Positions 1 to 7,352 of a stretch of DNA of 64,000 bases are shown one piece after another. This DNA is from a bacterium BMS3Abin14. Lineage in GTDB: Bacteria; BMS3Abin14. The stretch lies in assembly GCA_002897695.1 (NCBI GenBank), contig BDTG01000043.1, positions 7,934 through 71,933 on the forward strand, read 5' to 3'. The number at the start of each line of letters is the position of its first letter. The first letter of the stretch is position 1. The notes beneath the pieces were generated by a model, which saw only the letters and a list, made by a program, of their open reading frames with translations, was not told the DNA's origin and searched no databases. Position numbers and translations under genes: made by a program.

Positions 1-357
1 TCCAATAATGACCTTCTGAGCAGCAGGATACAGAACTACCGCCGGATGAACGAAAGGCGGGTGGTCTTTTCCCTTGGAGTTACCTACCAGACCACCGCCG
101 GGAATCTGGAGGCTATCCCGGGCTGGATTCGGGATATCATTCAATCACAGGAGAAAGTACGTTTCGACAGGGCACACTTCAAAACCTACGGGGATTTTTC
201 TCTTAACTACGAGGTTGTCTACTACGTTCTCGGCAGGGATTATGCCCTTTATATGGATATCCAGCAGGATCTCAATCTGGCGATATTCCGGAAGTTCGAG
301 GAAAAGGGTGTGGAGTTCGCCTATCCGACGCAGACGGTGTTCGTAGAAAAGTCATGA
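1..357 (+). CDS. Mechanosensitive ion channel (MscS family) C-terminal portion; 5'-truncated by window edge
   Basis: Open frame from nt 1 with no upstream stop. C-terminal beta/alpha-beta domain-like sequence (…FDRAHF…VEFAYPTQTV…) resembles MscS C-termini. Confidence 0.5.
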   Translation, partial: SNNDLLSSRIQNYRRMNERRVVFSLGVTYQTTAGNLEAIPGWIRDIIQSQEKVRFDRAHFKTYGDFSLNYEVVYYVLGRDYALYMDIQQDLNLAIFRKFEEKGVEFAYPTQTVFVEKS

Positions 358-459
358 GGGTCATCGTAACAACGAGTACCTGGCGTTGAAACCTGTTTTC
401 TCACGCCCGCTCGTCACACAGAAACGCGACTCGCTTAAGGCGCAAAGGACGCCAAGTCA

Positions 460-1026
460 TCAATCCTTCCGGCTGTACCCGTAACTTCCCAAAGCGTCCC
501 CCAGCGACCTGTAGGAACGGTCCGGCGGTAAAAAGGCCAGGGGGTTGATTATCCCCATCCTGATCTTTCCATCCTCGTCGAAAGCATCCTCGGCAACATG
601 GGTCGCCACGATCTCCCCCAGAAACATGTCGTGAATCCCCAGCGGGACTATTTCGGTAAGGCTGCACTCGAGCGCGACGGAACACTCCTCGATGAGGGGA
701 GGGGACACCTTTTCGGCCGGGGCAGCGGTCAGGCCTGCTTCCTTGAATTTGTCCACGTTCTTCCCGGAGATGATGCCGCAGAGGTCAACCTTTCTGATAA
801 TCTCCACAGGGGGGATATTGACCACAAACTGGCCTGTCTCCTTGATGATGCCGTGGGAGTAGCGGCTGGGCCTGATGCTTATGCTCACCATGGGAGGGTC
901 GGAACAGATGATGCCTGCCCAGGCGATGGTGATGATGTTGGGTCGCCCCCCCTTGTCCTGACAGGTAACCAGGACGACTGGAGCCGGGCACAGGAATGTT
1001 GAGGGTTTAACTGATCGTTTCTTCAT
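460..1026 (-). CDS. Flavin reductase-like (FMN-binding) domain protein
   Basis: 188 aa; VVLVT…GRPN…TIAW motif pattern typical of the flavin reductase-like domain family. Confidence 0.7.
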   Translation of the reverse strand: MKKRSVKPSTFLCPAPVVLVTCQDKGGRPNIITIAWAGIICSDPPMVSISIRPSRYSHGIIKETGQFVVNIPPVEIIRKVDLCGIISGKNVDKFKEAGLTAAPAEKVSPPLIEECSVALECSLTEIVPLGIHDMFLGEIVATHVAEDAFDEDGKIRMGIINPLAFLPPDRSYRSLGDALGSYGYSRKD

Positions 1027-1046
1027 CTTATCCTCGTTTCAGAATA

Positions 1047-1262
1047 GTCCAGAGTCCAGTGTCCAGAGTCGCAGATTCAAGTCCGAAACGCATAAAAAGA
1101 GGTGACATTGGGTTAAGTCTTGATAGTTTGAGTTTTAGCGGAAACCAAGCTAAGGAGACCACCCAATGTCACACGGTTATATTAGCATTGAGGAGCGTGA
1201 AATCATAGCGTTTATGTCCCCGTGCCTGTCTTTCCCCTCTGGACACTGGACTCTGGACTGGT
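1047..1262. repeat. 23-bp perfect inverted repeat built of (GTCCAGA) heptamers, bracketing a 166-bp segment with a nested 12-bp stem
   Basis: 1047-1069 agtccagagtccagtgtccagag equals the reverse complement of 1237-1259. Inner stem ggtgacattgggt (1101-1113) pairs with acccaatgtcac (1161-1172). Confidence 0.7.
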
Positions 1263-1278
1263 TTCCATACCTCGACAC

Positions 1279-2010
1279 TCACAGTATCTGTGCAAGGAAC
1301 AGCTTTGTACGTTCGTTCCGGGGATTGTTGAATATGTCCTGAGGCGTTCCAACCTCTACGATTTTTCCCTCGTCCATGAATATAGTCCTGTCGGCCACCT
1401 CTTTCGCGAAACCCATCTCATGGGTGACGCAAACCATGGTCATCCCCTCGCGTGCCAGCGTTTTCATGACATCCAGAACCTCACCGATCATCTCCGGATC
1501 CAGAGCCGAGGTTGGTTCGTCAAAGAGCATGATCTTTGGCTGCATGGCAAGCGCCCTGGCTATAGCCACCCGCTGCTGCTGACCGCCCGACAGCTGCCCC
1601 GGGTGGACAGGAGCTTTCTCGGGGATCCCCACCTTTTCCAGCAGCTTCATGGCGATCTCCTCGGCCGCCCTGGTGGATCGCCCCCGGACCTTTGTCTGGG
1701 CGATGGTTACGTTGCCCAATACAGTCATATGGGGAAAGAGGTTGAAGCTTTGGAAAACCATACCCACTTCCGCCCGGACCTTGTTTATATTGGTTTCGAG
1801 ATCGGTGAGCGAGATTCCGTCGATAACGACCTCCCCTTTGTCAACAGTCTCCAGATGGTTCAGGCAGCGCAGGAGTGTGCTTTTCCCTGAGCCGGAGGGA
1901 CCCATGATGACCACCACCTCGCCCCTGTCGACGTGCATGGAGACATCGGTCAGGGCGTCGACCTGATGAGTGGTGTAGAAGGTCTTGGAGATGTCCCGTA
2001 CATCAATCAT
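1279..2010 (-). CDS. Polar amino-acid ABC transporter ATP-binding protein (GlnQ/HisP family)
   Basis: Walker [10 protein letters not shown], signature [15 protein letters not shown], Walker [13 protein letters not shown]. Confidence 0.9.
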   Translation of the reverse strand: MIDVRDISKTFYTTHQVDALTDVSMHVDRGEVVVIMGPSGSGKSTLLRCLNHLETVDKGEVVIDGISLTDLETNINKVRAEVGMVFQSFNLFPHMTVLGNVTIAQTKVRGRSTRAAEEIAMKLLEKVGIPEKAPVHPGQLSGGQQQRVAIARALAMQPKIMLFDEPTSALDPEMIGEVLDVMKTLAREGMTMVCVTHEMGFAKEVADRTIFMDEGKIVEVGTPQDIFNNPRNERTKLFLAQIL

Positions 2011-2082
2011 GGTCGACTCGCAAAGTTCATCATGCAGGATGGGTGCAAGGCATGTATCCTGAAGAGATTTTTTTCGCGGGTA

Positions 2083-3066
2083 TCAATCAATAGTCGCATA
2101 CCTCCTCTCGAGGTACTGGACGAACATGGAAAGGGAGAAGGTCAGCATGAGATAGAGGGCCGCCACGGTAAAGAAGGCCTCGAATGGGTTGAACGTCGAG
2201 GTCGCGATCTCGCGGCCCGCCTTGGTGAGATCGGTAATGGCAATTATCGATACCAGGGACGAGTCCTTGATAAGTGATATGAACTGGCCCGCCAGAGGCG
2301 GCATTATGCGTTTGAGAGCCTGTGGAAGAATTATGAACTGCATGGCCTGGGGATAGGTCATGCCAAGGGACCTGGCGGCCTCCATCTGTCCCCTGTGAAT
2401 GGACTGGATCCCGGCTCGCACGATCTCCGCCACGTACGCGCCGGCGAAGAAGGAGAGGGCCAGGATTCCGGCAACCTCGTTGGACAGTGAGAATAGCTGT
2501 CCGATGAAGAAGTAGAAGATGTAGATCTGGACCAGAAGAGGGGTCCCACGGATCAGTTCGATGTATCCTATGGCCAGCCATTTGGGCGCGGGGCTGGAGG
2601 ATATGCGCGCAAGACCGGTAATGAGTCCGATGAACACCGCCAGGATAACCGAAATGAAGGACATTTTAAGGGTGAGCCATAGACCGATGAGGAGAATTCC
2701 CGGCACCCATTTTTTATATGATCCGATGACATCCCCTGAATCCAGGTTGTCGCCCTCGTAAACCTCTACTTCTCCGGCAGGCACCCGGTACGTTTCGTCC
2801 TTTCCGTCGAAAGTGCGCAGGACGACCACTCTGTCTTTCCCGTCATCCCTGATGGCCGAGACAGTGCCAGGGTCCGTTGCCGTTATATCTATCTGTTTAT
2901 GGAAATAGAGATATCGGGGCATTCGCTGCCATTGCCAGATGTAATCAATCTTTTCTGTGGCCCTTCCGATTCCGAGGACCATGCCGAGGAGAACGAGGAC
3001 GAGGATACTCCAGGAGATGCTGTGTCGAACCCTTACATCACGGGACAGGCGTTTTAAAGCATTCAA
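2083..3066 (-). CDS. Polar amino-acid ABC transporter permease (HisM/GlnP family) with ~110-aa N-terminal extension
   Basis: C-terminal two-thirds matches the His/Glu/Gln/Arg/opine permease family (…ELIRGTPLLVQIYIFYF…). Operon with the ATPase and the binding protein. Confidence 0.85.
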   Translation of the reverse strand: MNALKRLSRDVRVRHSISWSILVLVLLGMVLGIGRATEKIDYIWQWQRMPRYLYFHKQIDITATDPGTVSAIRDDGKDRVVVLRTFDGKDETYRVPAGEVEVYEGDNLDSGDVIGSYKKWVPGILLIGLWLTLKMSFISVILAVFIGLITGLARISSSPAPKWLAIGYIELIRGTPLLVQIYIFYFFIGQLFSLSNEVAGILALSFFAGAYVAEIVRAGIQSIHRGQMEAARSLGMTYPQAMQFIILPQALKRIMPPLAGQFISLIKDSSLVSIIAITDLTKAGREIATSTFNPFEAFFTVAALYLMLTFSLSMFVQYLERRYATID

Positions 3067-3180
3067 CAGGGGTTTTCCCCTTCAGGATGTCAGGATGAAA
3101 ACGGTTACCGGGGAGGCTGTACCGCTCCCCCCCGGTAACCGGAGGATCGTCAATCGGAGAGATTCTTTACGAGGCCGCCC

Positions 3181-4002
3181 TTACTGGACGGTCTTTACCC
3201 AGTCGGTGCCGATGATCCACTTATTGTAGATCCGGTCGTAGCGGCCATCCCCTTTGACCTGGCGCAGGAAATTGTTCAACCAGTTGAGAAAATCCGGATC
3301 ACCCTTCTTGACCGCCCACCCGAGAGGCTCGAAGGTGAAAGGCTTATCAAGGAACACCAGCTTTCCCTGACCCTTCTGGGCGAAGAAAACCGAGCAGTAC
3401 GGCAGATCATACACGAAGGCGTCAGCGCGGCCGTTGATGACCTCCATGGCAGCTTCAGGTTCAGTTTCGAAACTTTTGTAGTTGGCTTTCGGGATGAGCC
3501 TCTTGGTCGCCTGTTCCCCGGTGGTTCCCAGCTTGGAAACCACCGTGTATTTTTTATTGTTCAGGTCCCTGTAACTTTTGACCTTGCCCTCCAGTTTTTT
3601 GGAGATGAGGATAGTCTGCCCGACGATGATATATGGATTAACAAAGTTGATCTTCAGGTTTCTCTCCTGGGTTATGGTCATGCCGCTCATGATGATGTCG
3701 AATTTGTTCGTTAAAAGGGCGGGGATAATACCGTCCCAGGCAGTGTTGACGAGCTTCAGTTTTACGCCCATGGACTTGGCCATCTCTTTGGCCATGCTAA
3801 CGTCAAAACCGACGATATCTCCTCTTTTGTCCCTCATTTCAAATGGGAGATATCCCGTCTCCAGCCCGACGCGCAGGGTGCCTGATCGAATGATTGACTC
3901 AAGGGTTGAACTCTTGGCCAGATCGATGTTAGCGGCATGCACCGGCAGTGACGGAAGAACAAGAACAGCGGCAAGTGTTAATAAAGCGGCGAAACGTTTC
4001 AT
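3181..4002 (-). CDS. Family-3 periplasmic substrate-binding protein (polar amino-acid ABC transporter)
   Basis: Signal peptide (…LPVHA/AN), SBP_bac_3-like sequence (GFDVSMAKEMAK…GIIPAL…FDIIMSGMTIT). Confidence 0.85.
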   Translation of the reverse strand: MKRFAALLTLAAVLVLPSLPVHAANIDLAKSSTLESIIRSGTLRVGLETGYLPFEMRDKRGDIVGFDVSMAKEMAKSMGVKLKLVNTAWDGIIPALLTNKFDIIMSGMTITQERNLKINFVNPYIIVGQTILISKKLEGKVKSYRDLNNKKYTVVSKLGTTGEQATKRLIPKANYKSFETEPEAAMEVINGRADAFVYDLPYCSVFFAQKGQGKLVFLDKPFTFEPLGWAVKKGDPDFLNWLNNFLRQVKGDGRYDRIYNKWIIGTDWVKTVQ

Positions 4003-4022
4003 TGCTCCCTCCTAAGTGAAAT

Positions 4023-4061
4023 TTGACAGGGTTGTAAAAAGTCCATCAATGGCTTTTTACC
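4023..4061 (+). repeat. Family-2 dispersed motif copy (TTGACAGGGTTGTAAAAAGTC) with hairpin GTAAAAAG…CTTTTTAC
   Basis: Seen directly. Same ~21-nt motif at 13864, 53891 and, reverse-complemented, at 40807, 5868 and 34467. Confidence 0.7.
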
Positions 4062-4083
4062 GGTTAAGTATCCTGAAACAGCT

Positions 4084-4281
4084 TCAGTACGATTTTCCTT
4101 CGTCAAGGAGTTCGCAAAGGACCATTCGAACTCCGCAGTCCGGGCACCTGGGGATTTCTTCCTTGGGAAGGTAGATGATCGCTGTCCGGCCGCACTTGGG
4201 ACATTTCACCTGAACGGCCTCGGCTTTTTCACGCAACCCAACACCTCCTTCTTCCTTATGAAAATATATCATCGCTGTCAT
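4084..4281 (-). CDS. Small zinc-ribbon protein (two CxxC pairs), hypothetical
   Basis: 65 aa; CPKCG…CPDCG. Confidence 0.45.
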   Translation of the reverse strand: MTAMIYFHKEEGGVGLREKAEAVQVKCPKCGRTAIIYLPKEEIPRCPDCGVRMVLCELLDEGKSY

Positions 4282-4360
4282 ATCGGGTCAATGAGCGTGT
4301 TCGCCCGCCACAGATCTTTCCATGCAGGCTAATTCCCTGGACCGGGCATGGAAAGGCATG

Positions 4361-4389
4361 TTGACAGTGATCGGGGGCTGCCTTAAAAT
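4361..4389 (+). promoter_or_regulatory. Near-consensus sigma70 promoter TTGACA-N17-TAAAAT upstream of membrane-protein gene
   Basis: TTGACA at 4361-4366, 17-nt spacer, TAAAAT at 4384-4389; RBS aaggagg follows at 4399-4405. Confidence 0.5.
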
Positions 4390-4410
4390 GGCGCCGTCAA
4401 GGAGGTTTAT

Positions 4411-4806
4411 GTGGAGGATTATCTGGTCCCGATTCTGGGTTCAGTGACAGGCGTGAAAATGGCCCAGTGGAAGGTTATCTTTTTCTTTTCACTGAAAGTT
4501 TTTCTTTTCTGTGTCCCTTTTATTGTTCTGGGTCTGCTCATCGAACATGACGTGATCCGGGTGCCTGTGAAAAACAGGGTTATCAAGATCTGCGTGGCGC
4601 TTCTGTTTGCCACTCCTGTTTTTCTTTTCGGTCTGTTTAACTTTATTGCTCCACGGCTGCCCGATGCATTCTGGGCCACCCATTCCACCCTGGAACAGTT
4701 CTGGATCATGGAAGGAAAATGGTCTCCGCTTGTTCTCATGGCAATTGTGATCCTTTTTGTGCTCCTGTATCTCCTTGAGACGATAGGTGGAGAGCTGACG
4801 AAATAG
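4411..4806 (+). CDS. Hypothetical integral membrane protein (GTG start)
   Basis: 131 aa with 3-4 hydrophobic helices; strong promoter and RBS immediately upstream. Confidence 0.5.
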   Translation: MEDYLVPILGSVTGVKMAQWKVIFFFSLKVFLFCVPFIVLGLLIEHDVIRVPVKNRVIKICVALLFATPVFLFGLFNFIAPRLPDAFWATHSTLEQFWIMEGKWSPLVLMAIVILFVLLYLLETIGGELTK

Positions 4807-4932
4807 GATCTTGGGCTTTTTGGACTTCCGAACAGAAACCCGTCGATGGCTATTGACATGATTGGCAATTTGTACTAATGGTTCCCTTTCGTTTCGGGTT
4901 GTTCTGTCTATTCAGCGAGGAATCAAGCAGCG

Positions 4933-5361
4933 ATGAAAACGTTCAGTGCAAAAAAGGAAGAGGTTCAAAGGCGGTGGGTCGTTGTGGATGCTGAGGATGC
5001 CGTTCTCGGAAGGCTCGCTTCCCAGGTTGCCAGCATCATCAGGGGAAAGAACAAACCGATTTTTACTCCCCATGTGGACACGGGTGATTTTGTTATAGTT
5101 GTGAACGCCGAAAAGGTCCGGTTGACCGGCAATAAACTTGATCAGAAGTTTTACTATCGCCACTCCGGCTATCCAGGCGGCATCAAGGGTGTCTCCGCCC
5201 GGGACCTGCTTCAAAAAAAGCCTGAAATGCTGGTCAGGAATGCCGTTCGGGGGATGCTTCCCAAAAACAGGCTTGGCAGACAGATGATAGGTAAACTGAA
5301 GATATACGCAGGACCGGAGCATCCCCATGAGGCACAGCAGCCCAGGAAAGTCTCCATTTGA
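4933..5361 (+). CDS. rplM: 50S ribosomal protein L13
   Basis: 142 aa, typical L13 sequence (…[36 protein letters not shown]…). Confidence 0.95.
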   Translation: MKTFSAKKEEVQRRWVVVDAEDAVLGRLASQVASIIRGKNKPIFTPHVDTGDFVIVVNAEKVRLTGNKLDQKFYYRHSGYPGGIKGVSARDLLQKKPEMLVRNAVRGMLPKNRLGRQMIGKLKIYAGPEHPHEAQQPRKVSI

Positions 5362-5397
5362 CTCCACCTATTTGATCCCAGAGGGTAAATATTAAAG

Positions 5398-5790
5398 ATG
5401 GAACAGACGACATACTACGGGACAGGGAAAAGAAAGACCTCCATTGCGCGCGTATGGCTGAAGGAGGGGGATGGAAAGATCCATATCAACAGGAAAGAAG
5501 CTGACGGATATCTGGGCAGGGAAACCCTGAAGATGATAATCATGCAGCCCTTCGATGTGACGGGGACCGTTGGACAGTTTGATGTCAATGTCACTGTCAA
5601 GGGCGGCGGTGTCAGCGGCCAGGCCGGGGCCATAAAACATGGTATCAGCAGGGCCCTCCTTAACATCTCGGGCGAATACAGGAAGCCGCTTAAAAAAGCG
5701 GGATATCTGACCAGGGACGCTCGAGAGGTTGAGCGTAAGAAGTATGGACAGAAGGGCGCCCGTGCGAGGTTCCAGTTCTCCAAACGTTGA
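5398..5790 (+). CDS. rpsI: 30S ribosomal protein S9
   Basis: 130 aa ending …[11 protein letters not shown]; conserved L13-S9 operon. Confidence 0.95.
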   Translation: MEQTTYYGTGKRKTSIARVWLKEGDGKIHINRKEADGYLGRETLKMIIMQPFDVTGTVGQFDVNVTVKGGGVSGQAGAIKHGISRALLNISGEYRKPLKKAGYLTRDAREVERKKYGQKGARARFQFSKR

Positions 5791-5813
5791 TCTTTCCTCG
5801 ACAGGAATTTTCA

Positions 5814-5847
5814 GGGGAAGGGCCGTTGCGGCTCTTCCCCTTTTTTA
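5814..5847 (+). terminator. Rho-independent terminator after rpsI
   Basis: GGGGAAGggccgttgcggCTCTTCCCC stem followed by TTTTTTA. Confidence 0.7.
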
Positions 5848-5947
5848 TCCACCGTGAAACGCTTTATGGGCTTTTTACGACTCTGTTAATGATTTGTGAT
5901 ATGATTCAATACCTTGGCTGTTCAGGGTAATGTAGACGGGAGGGACG

Positions 5948-6994
5948 ATGACCGCCAGAGTGGGCATAATCGGGGCAACGGGTTATACGGGGATGGAGCT
6001 CATCCGGATTCTGCTGCGTCACCCCGAGGCGGACCTGACATACGCCTCGTCCAGAAGGTGGGCCGGAAAGCATCTTTTCGAGGCATTTCCAGCCTTGTCC
6101 GGACAGACGGACCTGAGGTTCAGGGCCTTGGATCCGGCCGAGGCAGCCCTGGAATCGGACCTGGTTTTCGTTTGCCTTCCCCACGGGGGGGCCATGGATA
6201 CCTCAGCTGCCCTGATGGAAAAAGGGGTTCGAACCATCGACCTGAGCGCCGACTTCAGGTTGCGGGAACGGGAGGTCTACGAGGAGTGGTATGGTCCCCA
6301 CAGTCAGGCCCAACTGCTTTCGGCCGCCGTAAACGGCTTCCCCGAGCTTTTCCGGGGGGAAATATGTGACGCTTTACTTGTGGCCAACCCGGGGTGTTAT
6401 CCGACCAGCATAATCCTGGGGTTGGTCCCGCTTGTGGAAAAGGGTCTTCTGAAGACGAATTCTATTATTGCAGACTGCAAGTCCGGTGTAAGCGGAGCCG
6501 GAAGGGAACCTAAGGATAATCTCCATTTTCCAGAGGTGGAGGGCAACTTCTCGGCCTATGGAATTGCCGGCGTGCACAGGCACACTCCCGAGATTGACCA
6601 GGAACTGACCAGGGTAGGGGGGATGGAAGTCAAGGTGACCTTTTCCCCGCATTTGCTTCCGGTCAGCAGGGGGATATTCTCGACAATCTATGCCGAACCA
6701 GCTGATTCCCTTGATGAGGAAGCCGTCTGTGATCTGTACAGGGAACGATACGGGGATGAGCCGTTCGTACGGATCCGTGAGAATCAGGAACCGCTTCCGA
6801 CCTTGAAGGAGGTTCGCGGAACCAACATGTGCATCATCGCCCCCAGGATAGATCGGAGAAACGGAAAGGTGATAATTATATCCTGTCTGGATAATCTTGT
6901 GAAAGGGGCCTCCGGACAGGCTGTACAGAACATGAATGTCATGCTGGGCCTTCCCGAGACCCTCGGGCTGCTGGATCTGCCCCTTATTCCGTAG
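5948..6994 (+). CDS. argC: N-acetyl-gamma-glutamyl-phosphate reductase
   Basis: 348 aa; N-terminal GATGYTG NAD-binding motif; ArgC family. Confidence 0.95.
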   Translation: MTARVGIIGATGYTGMELIRILLRHPEADLTYASSRRWAGKHLFEAFPALSGQTDLRFRALDPAEAALESDLVFVCLPHGGAMDTSAALMEKGVRTIDLSADFRLREREVYEEWYGPHSQAQLLSAAVNGFPELFRGEICDALLVANPGCYPTSIILGLVPLVEKGLLKTNSIIADCKSGVSGAGREPKDNLHFPEVEGNFSAYGIAGVHRHTPEIDQELTRVGGMEVKVTFSPHLLPVSRGIFSTIYAEPADSLDEEAVCDLYRERYGDEPFVRIRENQEPLPTLKEVRGTNMCIIAPRIDRRNGKVIIISCLDNLVKGASGQAVQNMNVMLGLPETLGLLDLPLIP

Positions 6995-7266
6995 GAGAAA
7001 GTTCAAGGCCCGGAGTCCAGGGTCCAACGGTTACTACAGATCCTTTCGTTTTACAGGGCCGAAAAAATCCATTCATGGTTTTTTTCTTCACCACAACCCC
7101 ACGCGGTGCCGGGTAATTAACAAAAAGTCCAATTATATCGAAAGGTTACGGCTTAACATCCAGCCTGTTTTTCTTGACACCCCATCGGTCGCGTGTTAAC
7201 TCTTAATCGAGATATGGGCAATGGGCAATAAAAGCAAGTTTGGCGTTCGAATTTCAAGGTTGTTTC

Positions 7267-7296
7267 CACTCTGGACTCTGGACTCTGGACTCTCCC
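7267..7296 (-). repeat. (GTCCAGA)3 tandem heptamer repeat, antisense orientation
   Basis: ccactctggactctggactctggactctcc on + strand; followed by a 9-bp GC stem-loop at 7292-7330. Confidence 0.7.
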
Positions 7297-7352
7297 GGCC
7301 TGAGCTTGCCGAAGGGCCGGCGGCCGGGAGTTGAACCGGTAAAGGGGATCAA

